From Candidatus Gastranaerophilales bacterium (GTDB taxonomy: Bacteria > Cyanobacteriota > Vampirovibrionia > Gastranaerophilales > Gastranaerophilaceae): a stretch of DNA of 64,000 bases. Of this stretch, positions 45,701 through 53,704 are shown one piece after another. The notes under the pieces are model-generated. The model was not told the origin of the DNA. It worked only from the letters and a program-made list of their open reading frames with translations, and did no database searches. The translations under genes were made by a program, and so were the position numbers. Numbering within the stretch: position 1 is the first letter of the stretch; each line of letters starts with the position of its first letter. Location: contig CALUTL010000006.1 in NCBI GenBank assembly GCA_944323655.1, positions 19,950 through 83,949 on the forward strand. The letters are read 5' to 3'.

Positions 45701-45894
45701 TATTAATAAAAAATACATTTAGAAATTCCCAAAAACCAGGGTGGCAATATAATACAGTACTTATAAATAACATAAAACAAGAAATTGAAGATGCTATTTT
45801 TGATTTTGTAGATAATAATGGTATTACATTGGATATGGACCAACTAGATAAAATAGAAGAAGATATTTTAATGACTGCAAAGAGTATATTTTGA
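42778..45894 (+). CDS. hsdR: type I restriction enzyme R subunit (SF2 helicase-nuclease)
   Basis: 1038 aa with a PD-(D/E)xK-like N-terminus (PDIVLTVNGIPLVVIECKK), Walker A TQGSGKSLTM, DEAH-like LIDECHRTQ, and TGTPL. Confidence 0.95.
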   Translation: MTLNHYQYNERPESQEPAIELLEKLGWKYLSPTDAEKQRGNLYNVILKDDLMNFLKEQRYDYKGEKFQFSSSNIAHAISDIDIPLQSGLMKTSKEIYDLLIYGKSYEEDLYDGGKSSFDLKFIDWKHPEKNILRVTEEFSVQKLDRSKRRPDIVLTVNGIPLVVIECKKSSVSIDEGIRQNIKNWKADEIPHLFKFIQLVVAMNSHSFKYGTCGTKFEFFVPWKEKDTDWMNKQLEELIQGRLPKEQDKNIIAMLSPERLFEIIQYYTLYDNNVKKVARYQQFFGIRKAINRITLKDGKGTRNGVIWHTQGSGKSLTMVMLVKKIIAVSQEENSDIKNPRFVLVNDRINLDKQLRDNFSNTQMNPARAKTGKGLIELLKDEGETLITTVIHKFEKAAKQKTKLNDNNIFILIDECHRTQSGNFHNFMTDVLPNAVKIGFTGTPLLKTEKQSTYDRIGPLIDSYPINKAEEDKVIVPLVYEGRKIPQKTTSDAIDQYLEQSLIGLTEQQQEDLKRKYSRFTSIAPTMPRLTCLAYAIKQHYERYIKPNGFKAMIAESSRVSAIELHKLLKSLGLKTAVVISPEARAEGEELNNSDKDKIAQFFKTEIEPLYGMNYEAYEDWAKNSFTDGEDIDILIVKDKLLTGFDAPIAQVLYVDKSMKTHNLLQAIARVNRVFPGKKNGRIVDFYGIFENLTSAMDLYSDKESGMNQFDKDDIKKTIYGPEDVKKELYNNYDQVMQFIAGHNTDDTEEIQLLFKDEDIRKDFYEKLLNFSNSLDTAISNYNVYEGIGIDEIKRLQKDYVYLQKLRSGIKLRYGETVDFSVYESSIKNLLNQFVSAEADEIVINPLYLSDKATMEKELEKLPSLRAKAEAMVYNIATRLSETREKDPIFYKTFRQRLDETIAEYNKTRNEEAYLAQMKDLENDYEKGFVGNKYPTVISDDDDAKGFYGNIKLELEKNIKISENDDIDNQLGILAILIKNTFRNSQKPGWQYNTVLINNIKQEIEDAIFDFVDNNGITLDMDQLDKIEEDILMTAKSIF

Positions 45895-46598
45895 TGAAAA
45901 AATATTATTTATTAAAAGATAAAAAAGGGTTCTTAATTGATATAGAACGTAAGAATATTAAAAACTATAATATAAGGATTTTGCCTGACAATAACATAAA
46001 GTGTTCAGTCCCAATGCAGACTACAGATGAAGAGATTTCCAAGTTTTTAAAATCTAAAGAATGCTGGATCTATAAACACAATGTCAGACAAGAAAAACTT
46101 CAACCATTACAAAATAAAGATATTCTGAAAAATGGTGGTTTTGTTAAAATTTTAGGACATTTTTATAATGTAAAAATCGAATCATCACAAAGTTTTAAAA
46201 TCATTTTAAATGATAGGAATATCATTTTTTATACAAATGAAGTTGATAATATTGATAAAAAATATCGAAATTTTGCAAGAAAAAATATGCAAGAATATTT
46301 TGAAAAGGTAATAGAAAAATTTTATCCAATAATAAGAAAATATAATAAACCTAAACCAATATTAAAAATTAGAAAAATGAAAGCCTGCTGGGGAACTAGT
46401 AATCCTGAACAAAATGCAATTACTTTAAATGAATATTTATATTCAGCATCTCCTTATTGTATTGAATATGTTGTGCTGCATGAATTAACTCATTTTTTAT
46501 ACACAAATCATGATAAACAATTTTTTGATTTTATAAGTATTCATATGCCAGATTGGCAAGAACGAAAAAACAAATTAAATACAGATTTTAATATATAA
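45894..46598 (+). CDS. YgjP/DUF45-like (M48/WLM-like) zinc metallopeptidase
   Basis: VVLHELTHFLYTNHDKQFFDFISIHMPDWQERKNKL (HExxH plus the typical downstream pattern). The ATG overlaps the hsdR stop (TGATG). Confidence 0.82.
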   Translation: MKKYYLLKDKKGFLIDIERKNIKNYNIRILPDNNIKCSVPMQTTDEEISKFLKSKECWIYKHNVRQEKLQPLQNKDILKNGGFVKILGHFYNVKIESSQSFKIILNDRNIIFYTNEVDNIDKKYRNFARKNMQEYFEKVIEKFYPIIRKYNKPKPILKIRKMKACWGTSNPEQNAITLNEYLYSASPYCIEYVVLHELTHFLYTNHDKQFFDFISIHMPDWQERKNKLNTDFNI

Positions 46599-46653
46599 AC
46601 TTGCTTTTATCTTGATTTTAAGTGATGAATACGATACCTAAAAAGGAGGTCGT

Positions 46654-46878
46654 ATGAGTAAAAATAAGAAATATCGCATTAAGCAAAAAGATTTTAGGAA
46701 GTTGGAAAAACTAGCAGAGCGGATTTATAACACAACTACTGTGATTGATTATTTTTGCAGGACGCAACAAGAAATTGAAGAGCTATATAATCTTGCCCAA
46801 ATTGTAGAAAATTTAAGGCGAGATTCTGATACTGTAAACGCATTTTTTATAAATTATCCTGACAACAAAAATTTTTAG
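46654..46878 (+). CDS. hypothetical small protein
   Basis: 74-aa ORF with a strong SD AAAGGAGG 5 nt upstream. Confidence 0.6.
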   Translation: MSKNKKYRIKQKDFRKLEKLAERIYNTTTVIDYFCRTQQEIEELYNLAQIVENLRRDSDTVNAFFINYPDNKNF

Positions 46879-47016
46879 ATGGTATTTAAAACTTGTTTTA
46901 ATACTGTTCAAAAAGTGTTCAAAAATGGATTGTGTCTGAATGATACGTTTTGTGTTTATTTACTTGATATTTGACCCATTGAGAGTGATATATATCATTG
47001 CTGATAAGAGGTAGCA

Positions 47017-47232
47017 ATGATTGAATTAGGCAAAAAATACAAGCTTAAAAAGATTAAAGGTTTTAAGAGCTCTGATAATGAGTATTACAAAGTAATTGGC
47101 TTCTACAATTTCGACACTGTAATTTGTGAAAACACTTGCGGAGAAAGATTTGTATTTATGAAAGAGTTTTTAATAGACCCACAAAAGCCTGATGATATCT
47201 ATTCAGATTTGATACTTGAAAGGAAAGAATGA
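47017..47232 (+). CDS. hypothetical small protein
   Basis: 71-aa ORF with AGAGG upstream. Overlaps the next ORF (ATGA). Confidence 0.5.
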   Translation: MIELGKKYKLKKIKGFKSSDNEYYKVIGFYNFDTVICENTCGERFVFMKEFLIDPQKPDDIYSDLILERKE

Positions 47233-47423
47233 TGACAGAAAAAGACTATGCACTTTATGGAACAAAGGTTTTGAATTTAAAAACACAAGAAATCGGATTA
47301 CTGATTTGTATATGGAAAAATAAGTTTGCAGATGCAGAGATAGATTACGCAACTTGTGTTGATAAGCAAGGCAAAAAATACAACATAGAGCTAATTGATA
47401 TTATCCCATTTGAGAAAAAATAA
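47229..47423 (+). CDS. hypothetical small protein
   Basis: 64-aa ORF translationally coupled to the previous one. Confidence 0.5.
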   Translation: MMTEKDYALYGTKVLNLKTQEIGLLICIWKNKFADAEIDYATCVDKQGKKYNIELIDIIPFEKK

Positions 47424-47473
47424 TACAAAGAATATTTTAATAACACATTTAGCAAAATAACATTCAATTGCAA

Positions 47474-49189
47474 TTAATCTTTATATAAAATGTGAAAAAA
47501 TTTAATAATATCTTGATTTATTTCATTACTTTTAAAACTTTTGGCGATTTTATTATTTGAAAAAGAAATCTTATATTTATGTTGGATTTCCGCTTTTATT
47601 GATTTTAAGATTTCTTTTCCTGAACAAATTTTTATTTTTTCATCTAATGAATTCCAATGGCTTTCTACAATTTCAATTGCTTTTTTTGTTATTGCGGTAT
47701 ATCCCAAACTTTTATCTTCTTCTTGTATTTTTTGTCCAAATTGACAAATTATGTTATCTTTATTTTTATTTAATATACTTTCAATCAATTTAATAATTTC
47801 ATCAAGAGAAATTTCTTTTTCTTGCCTAATAATTCTATATATTACATTTGGATTTATAAGATAATTTTCAATTTCTTTGCTATCCCAAATGATTAAATTG
47901 ATCCCATGTTCATTAGCTTCTTGAGTCATTTTTATATTATTTTCTTCTTTAGAATAATCCTTATCTAAAATACAATATGTTTGTATAGTATTACCAGAAC
48001 TTATTTTTGTTATTTCGTTTGCGCCAAGAACTTTTTTCCATTGAGATTTGCCACCAATTTTTATAATTGGAATTTCATTAAAATTTTCATAATGTAAAAT
48101 ATTTGCAAAGTAAGACAAAATTTTATCGTCATCACCTTCTACATATAAGCATTTTTTACAATGAGAAAATTTAATAAATTCTAAATTCGAAGAATACCCT
48201 ATATCATCAATAATATTTTGAACTGTAGGGTTATCATTAGCATACTTTGATCTATATTTATTTTTTTGTACAATTAATACATTTTTAGGATCAGTTTTTG
48301 ATATAAACTCGAAAGAATGACTAGATAATATAATTTGCTTATTTGTATTTAAAAGAATCTCATATAATTTGTTTTGTAAATCTGCATGCAGATATACATC
48401 TGGTTCATCAATAATCAATGTGTTTGCTGTTTGTTCAGTAAATATAAACCATAGAATTTGCATCCACATTTGTAATCCATGCCCCATAGCTCCAATTTCA
48501 GCTATAAAATCATTTTCTCGCAATAACAATGTTAATATTCCATTATTGTTGTCAACATCAGAGATTGTTAAACCTGGCCAACTTTGTTGTACGATAGTTT
48601 TATATTTTGGTAAAAGATTCTGATTATTATATAACTTATTTCTAAAATGTAATGACGTTGTAGATAACATTTCGGCTCTTTTAATTGTTTCATCTTGAAG
48701 GACTTTCTCTTCTAAGTTTAAAGGGCCTATTTGAGGTAAAGTTGCTACTTCAGGGAAATTATATCGCATTGCATTACTTTTACTTTTTATTATTTCATTA
48801 TTAGAGTTTCTTAACAATGCAAATATGGTTTCATTTTCTCCGTAAAATATTTCAATCGAAGATTTATCTGTAAATGTAATTTTGGCATATGGTATACCAT
48901 CGTATCTATGAGGAATTGAATTATATTGTCTGATAATTCTTTTTATTTCTGGAGAAATTCCTTTTATTCGAAATCGACTTTCTTCTGTATGTAAATTACT
49001 AATCCAAGAGGGGACATCTTTAAAAGTTAAATATTTATACTTTTTTGTTATTAAAGCAACAATCCTTAATATCTCAATTATGGTAGATTTTCCTGCATTA
49101 TTTTTCCCTACCATTAAAGTTAAATCTTTAAATTTTAATGTATGTTTTTTAAATCCTCTATAATTTTCTATGTAAATTGAATCTAACAT
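47474..49189 (-). CDS. ABC/AAA-type ATPase fused to a Toprim/DUF4435-like nuclease domain (OLD-family or fused PARIS AriA-AriB-like)
   Basis: Walker A GKNNAGKSTIIE, Walker B LIIDEPDVYLH, a signature-like HGLQMW, then the C-terminal CLYVEGDDDK, YCILDKD and EIENYLINP, typical of Toprim/DUF4435 modules. Confidence 0.8.
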   Translation of the reverse strand: MLDSIYIENYRGFKKHTLKFKDLTLMVGKNNAGKSTIIEILRIVALITKKYKYLTFKDVPSWISNLHTEESRFRIKGISPEIKRIIRQYNSIPHRYDGIPYAKITFTDKSSIEIFYGENETIFALLRNSNNEIIKSKSNAMRYNFPEVATLPQIGPLNLEEKVLQDETIKRAEMLSTTSLHFRNKLYNNQNLLPKYKTIVQQSWPGLTISDVDNNNGILTLLLRENDFIAEIGAMGHGLQMWMQILWFIFTEQTANTLIIDEPDVYLHADLQNKLYEILLNTNKQIILSSHSFEFISKTDPKNVLIVQKNKYRSKYANDNPTVQNIIDDIGYSSNLEFIKFSHCKKCLYVEGDDDKILSYFANILHYENFNEIPIIKIGGKSQWKKVLGANEITKISSGNTIQTYCILDKDYSKEENNIKMTQEANEHGINLIIWDSKEIENYLINPNVIYRIIRQEKEISLDEIIKLIESILNKNKDNIICQFGQKIQEEDKSLGYTAITKKAIEIVESHWNSLDEKIKICSGKEILKSIKAEIQHKYKISFSNNKIAKSFKSNEINQDIIKFFHILYKD

Positions 49190-49206
49190 ATCAAACCTGA
49201 TTTTTA

Positions 49207-50100
49207 TTATTCTTCACTAAAGAAATCTTCATCAATCTTTTTGATTTCGATTTTAGTTTTGACTTGGACGCCTAAGTTATGCTTAATCATTAATTCAGTC
49301 AATTCTTCACCATCAACTAAGCGTATGACTTTTCCCTGTATGGATGCTGCTTTCTTTTTAGCTCTTTCATCAAAAAAGCTGGTTGTTATAAATACTCCCT
49401 TTCTTACCGGAGAACAGCCTAGAGCTCCTGCGAAATTTTGCATTTCTTTTTCATTGACTTTATTGTCTGAGTATCTTTTAGCTTGCAGGTATATTTTTTC
49501 TAATCCCAATTCATCTTCATCAATTATGCCATCTACTCCGCCATCATGACTCATTTTAGTCATAGATCCGACACCATAATTCATTTTTTCCATAAGTTGA
49601 AGAACGATTTGTTCAAATCTTACAGGGTCTATTTGTTTTAATCTTGTTAGCAATTCTGTTTGTAGATTTTCTTTATACATATCTTGAGCATGTGCTAACA
49701 TTTCGTCTGGAGTATCAGTTTTACTTTCTTGTATGTTTTTATCAGAAGTTTTTTCATCTTTATTAGGTTTTACAAATTCTAAAAATTCATTATATTGCTT
49801 TAGATAGTTTAGTATATCTTTAGGTTTATCTTGAAGGGCTTTTTCGCCTCTTTCATTAATAACAAAATAGGCTCTTCTAGGTGAATCTATCAATTTAGCA
49901 GCTTTTAAATATGTTCTAGCCCAACCTACTCTACCTGCGAATTTATTACTACCACTAGAAATTTTTTCCTCCAATTCTTCATTTGTTAATTTTAGTTTCT
50001 TTGCTAAAATATCAACAATTTCCGTAATTCGATGTTCCTTTTTATCAGATAAAACTTCTAAAACTGGTATCATTAATTCATCATATTTAGGTATTGCCAT
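49207..50100 (-). CDS. mrr: Mrr-family type IV restriction endonuclease
   Basis: The Mrr_N winged helix reads IPKYDELMIPVLEVLSD...RVGWARTYLKAAKLI. The catalytic core reads FEQIVLQLMEKM...DGGVDGII...IYLQAKRY. Confidence 0.85.
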   Translation of the reverse strand: MAIPKYDELMIPVLEVLSDKKEHRITEIVDILAKKLKLTNEELEEKISSGSNKFAGRVGWARTYLKAAKLIDSPRRAYFVINERGEKALQDKPKDILNYLKQYNEFLEFVKPNKDEKTSDKNIQESKTDTPDEMLAHAQDMYKENLQTELLTRLKQIDPVRFEQIVLQLMEKMNYGVGSMTKMSHDGGVDGIIDEDELGLEKIYLQAKRYSDNKVNEKEMQNFAGALGCSPVRKGVFITTSFFDERAKKKAASIQGKVIRLVDGEELTELMIKHNLGVQVKTKIEIKKIDEDFFSEE

Positions 50101-50145
50101 TCATAAACTCCTTTTTCTTAAGCATAGCATAAAAATTTGCAGGAG

Positions 50146-50544
50146 TTATTCTATACCTAAAATTTCACGCTCGATTTGGCGGATGAAGTCCGGAGAGAGT
50201 TCTTTTTTGACTTGTGGAGTTTTGTTTTGTGTTTCAAGTTCTTTCAATTCTGGGAACAATTTCAAGATATTCACCAGTGAATAATATTCAGCCTGGCTTA
50301 TTTGGATTTCTTGTTGTTTGCTATTTGCGATTTTCTCCATAAGCTTTTGGGCAAACTTTTGCAAATCCTCTTTGAACTGGGATTTATCATACATGGATTC
50401 TTTTCGCTTTTTATCCCAATCATATTGCTTTTTCCAGTAAAACAAAGTTCTTTTTGCAATCCCAAGTTCTAAAGAGATTTCACTAACGGTCGAGCCTTTT
50501 AAATACATTTGCTCTGCTTGTTTAAATAATTTCATTTTGCTCAT
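50146..50544 (-). CDS. HTH-domain protein, last gene of the transposition operon
   Basis: YLKGSTVSEISLELGIAKRTLFYWKKQYDWDKK is an HTH of the small-terminase/transposase-helper type. Its start abuts the upstream gene's stop. Confidence 0.6.
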   Translation of the reverse strand: MSKMKLFKQAEQMYLKGSTVSEISLELGIAKRTLFYWKKQYDWDKKRKESMYDKSQFKEDLQKFAQKLMEKIANSKQQEIQISQAEYYSLVNILKLFPELKELETQNKTPQVKKELSPDFIRQIEREILGIE

Positions 50545-51104
50545 TAAAATCCCTCAAAAATTAAGTTTTCTATTCCAAAATGGTTTTTGTCTTGTACTTT
50601 TTTAACCTGATAAACGCAACTTCTATCAATCACTCCAAGGTGTTGGAAATATTTTATCAGTTGGTTTAGAAGTGCCATTGTGTTTTTAATTCTGCGGGGC
50701 TTAAGGCGTCTTAATTCGCAGACTTTAAAAAGTTCTTTTATCGACTCAATATCAATTTCATGCAGGTAATAGCAGTTTATAAAAGGTATAATATTGAAGT
50801 TAAAAATAGCGTTATAGTTCCTATAAGTCTCGAATTTGCAGTATTTTTCGACATAATTTTTCATAAAATATTCTTTTGCATCTTCTATACTAATTTTTAT
50901 GTGTTTATTCTTTAGCGGGCTGAATATTTCATAATTTTCACCTGTCTTTGTTTCTTCATTGTATTTGTAAATCCCGTTTTCAAAAAGTATTTTATTGCTG
51001 TTCAAAAGCTGTTCAAGCTTTGTTTTGCAATCGCATTCTGCTATCAATTCAATATCATCAAGGGTAAATTCTTTTAATCTCTTAGCTAATTTTTCAATGT
51101 TCAT
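50544..51104 (-). CDS. protein resembling an integrase N-terminal SAM-like (core-binding) domain, with no catalytic domain
   Basis: KFETYRNYNAIFNFNIIPFINCYYLHEIDIESIKELFKVCELRRLKPRRIKNTMALLNQLIKYFQHLGVI follows the Phage_int_SAM pattern. 186 aa. Overlaps the ATPase gene by 4 nt. Confidence 0.5.
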   Translation of the reverse strand: MNIEKLAKRLKEFTLDDIELIAECDCKTKLEQLLNSNKILFENGIYKYNEETKTGENYEIFSPLKNKHIKISIEDAKEYFMKNYVEKYCKFETYRNYNAIFNFNIIPFINCYYLHEIDIESIKELFKVCELRRLKPRRIKNTMALLNQLIKYFQHLGVIDRSCVYQVKKVQDKNHFGIENLIFEGF

Positions 51105-51781
51105 ATAATTTGCTCCATAACTTCTTTTGTAATTTCTTCTAAATTATTTTCTTTTGCAAAACTTTCAAGTTTGCTTATAAGCTGTACAATTTGTCTGAAC
51201 CTATTGTATTTTTTGTGTATATATTCTATCGAATCAGGGGTAAACGGTATTTCAGATAGTTGGCTAAAAATTTGGCTTAAATCTTCTATTTCAAAGGTTT
51301 CAAACTTTACAATCTCACTAAATCTGTCATACAGGTGCTTGTATCTTTCAAGTTTTCTAAGAGCCAAGCCCATTCCGACAAAGATTATCGGGCAATCTGT
51401 TTTATCGTGGATATCTCTTAGGGTCTCGACACTTTTGTAATTGTTCATCAAGTAGTCGATTTCATCTACAAAAATAATTTTTGGCTTTTGAATAAGTTTG
51501 CTAATCACTACATTAAAGTTGTCCGAGGTCAAATACCGAGGAAGTTCGTCCATTTCTCTAACAATTTCTTCAACAAGCCACCTGCTTGTCATAAGGTTTG
51601 AGGCTCGAATATAAATCCCGTCATATTTGCAGGCTAGCCAAAGTGCCGTTTGAGATTTTCCAAGCCCCGGCTCGCCATATATAAGTCCCATTTTAGGAAT
51701 GTTTTTGGGTTTGCTTTTCAGGGCTTCAACTAAGCCTATAAAATTCCTTACATTTCGAGTTTTTATAAAGATTTTTTTCAT
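51101..51781 (-). CDS. AAA+ ATPase of the MuB/TnsC/TniB type
   Basis: Walker A GEPGLGKSQTALWLA, Walker B IIFVDEIDYL. Lies directly downstream of the DDE transposase. Confidence 0.82.
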   Translation of the reverse strand: MKKIFIKTRNVRNFIGLVEALKSKPKNIPKMGLIYGEPGLGKSQTALWLACKYDGIYIRASNLMTSRWLVEEIVREMDELPRYLTSDNFNVVISKLIQKPKIIFVDEIDYLMNNYKSVETLRDIHDKTDCPIIFVGMGLALRKLERYKHLYDRFSEIVKFETFEIEDLSQIFSQLSEIPFTPDSIEYIHKKYNRFRQIVQLISKLESFAKENNLEEITKEVMEQII

Positions 51782-51849
51782 TTTATCCTTTCTTGGTTGC
51801 TCGCAATAAACGGGTATGGCTTCGCCTTAGACCCACTGCTTGCAATCCG

Positions 51850-53625
51850 CTATTCATATAACAGTTTGTACTCCTTTGTTTGTTTAAATTCTGCAATCCA
51901 AGTGTCGCTTGGGTTATGTTTTATCAAATATTCGTATTTTTCTGAATTGTTTTTGAAAATCGGGAGTGACTTTTCTCCGTTGTTTATTTTTTGAACACCA
52001 TTTGAACGAGGCTTGAACTTATTGTCACCCTGAACTTGTTTCAGGGTCTCTGGTGTTGCAGATTCTGAAATAAATTCAGAATGACATTCTAAAAATTTTA
52101 TTTCATCATTAGTCAATAACTTTTTAACCGAGTTTATCGTTTTCCGTTTCAGTTTTTGTTGTTTTTGAATTTTTTGTTTGTAATCCTCTAAATCCTCGAC
52201 CGTTCCTAAAATCTTTGCCATCGGGTGAGTTTCGGTTACTCGCTCTGCGGTGCATAAGTATTCGCCTTTCGGGGTAAAAACTTTCACATTAGTTAGATCA
52301 AACAGGTTGTATTTTACCAGAACTTTTCCTCTCAGTCCGTATAGTCTTTCGTCAAAATAGTCGCAGTTCAAGAACCTTACACCATTTCGCTGAATTGTTT
52401 TGACTTCAGTCGCCAGCATCAAGTCATCAAGCAAGCTTTTATCAATATTCTGTTTCTTTCGATTTTCTAAAACCTCTGCGATTGTCATATTCGGTGCATT
52501 TGTGCAGGGCTGAGAGTTCTTGAACTTAAGCCACATATCAATCATTTTGATTGTTTCTTCTATAGTTGGGATATAATCTTGGTGTAAGTTTTTATGAAAA
52601 ATTTCGTTTCGTTTCAAGTATGCAGGTTTGTTGATAATTGATGAGCCGACATAACTTGGCATTAGTTTTTCAAAGCCTTCTTGAAATTCTTTAAAGAACC
52701 TCTCAATAACTTTTGACCTTGCGTTATATGGTCTTGCAAATACCGTTTCAATCCCGAGTTTTGCATAGAGCCCATAAAAGCCTAATTCTCCAAATCCTTT
52801 GTCATCTGTAAAATACTTTGCTCTGAAAGCTCTGCCGTTATCTTGATAGACAATTTTAGGTATCATATCGAGGTTTATTATTACGTTTCTTAGGGCACTT
52901 GCAATACATTGGGTGTTTTCTTCAAGCATAATTTCATAACCGACCAGTGCTGTGGATTTCCAGTCCAAAAACCCGACCAAAGTCGCTCGACAAGGCTTGC
53001 CAGTAAACGGATTAATCACTTGAAACGCCAGTTTATGACCGTCTGCGACTAAAATATCCCCGACATCAAGCAGGCTCGCGTCCCTTTTAATATACGGTTC
53101 GACTTTGTCAGAAAGTGCCTTTTCACCGTCTCTGGCAAGCACCCATTTGTCGTAATTATTGTCCTTAAACCATTTTGCATAACGTCTAAATGTAATATCT
53201 GCAGGGATAAAACTTTGACCTTGCTCTTTGAGTTTGTATTTTGTAAGTGCGATTGCTTTGCCGATACAAATTCTGTTGGGGTGCAAAAGTAAGCCCATAA
53301 ATATTTTGATTTCTTCATCCGTCAGGCAGGTTCTGTATTCATTCACAGAAACGTATTTGTAATTAGGGATTAGCCTTGTATAATCCTCTGTTCCGTCTAA
53401 ACTTGCTTTCCAACGATGCAGGCTTCCTCGTGAGATTTTACCTAAAACATTGAAAAGGTAGGAATTTGAACTATTATGCAGTTTGACAAAATCATAGTCT
53501 GCTTGAAGTTTGTTGACAGCTTTACGGCGAAACTCTTGCCATTTGCGGATTAAATCAAGTTTTGCAAGAGCATTTTGTTTTGCCTTCTCAGGGGTGTATT
53601 TGATTGTCTCAACTTGGTTTTCCAT
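51850..53625 (-). CDS. Mu/TnsB/TniA-type DDE transposase (rve core plus Mu-transposase C-terminal-like domain)
   Basis: DDE candidates are VADGHKL, YQDNGRAF and VIERFFKE. The segment IQRNGVRFLNCDYFDERLYGLRGKVLVKYNLFDLTNVKVF is Mu-transposase-C-like. The start at 53625 (AAGGA upstream) is preferred over the track start at 53661. Confidence 0.9.
   Translation of the reverse strand: MENQVETIKYTPEKAKQNALAKLDLIRKWQEFRRKAVNKLQADYDFVKLHNSSNSYLFNVLGKISRGSLHRWKASLDGTEDYTRLIPNYKYVSVNEYRTCLTDEEIKIFMGLLLHPNRICIGKAIALTKYKLKEQGQSFIPADITFRRYAKWFKDNNYDKWVLARDGEKALSDKVEPYIKRDASLLDVGDILVADGHKLAFQVINPFTGKPCRATLVGFLDWKSTALVGYEIMLEENTQCIASALRNVIINLDMIPKIVYQDNGRAFRAKYFTDDKGFGELGFYGLYAKLGIETVFARPYNARSKVIERFFKEFQEGFEKLMPSYVGSSIINKPAYLKRNEIFHKNLHQDYIPTIEETIKMIDMWLKFKNSQPCTNAPNMTIAEVLENRKKQNIDKSLLDDLMLATEVKTIQRNGVRFLNCDYFDERLYGLRGKVLVKYNLFDLTNVKVFTPKGEYLCTAERVTETHPMAKILGTVEDLEDYKQKIQKQQKLKRKTINSVKKLLTNDEIKFLECHSEFISESATPETLKQVQGDNKFKPRSNGVQKINNGEKSLPIFKNNSEKYEYLIKHNPSDTWIAEFKQTKEYKLLYE
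52024..52085. repeat. pair of REP-like hairpins inserted in frame in the transposase gene
   Basis: GTCACCCTGAActtgtTTCAGGGTC and GATTCTGAAataaaTTCAGAATGAC, translated as ...HSEFISESATPETLKQVQGDNKF.... The second matches the hairpin at 33867-33891. Confidence 0.8.
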
Positions 53626-53704
53626 TGTCTCAAAATCCTTGTAATGCTTTGTGCAACACATTCATCACTCGTTTTGAGACAGAAGTCAAGTGTTAAAAAT
53701 TTAA

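Noticed and set aside
47474-49189. Calling the ATPase-Toprim gene Gabija (GajA)
   Set aside because: No UvrD-like GajB helicase is adjacent; the neighbour is Mrr. The gene is left as OLD-family or fused PARIS-like pending HMM classification.
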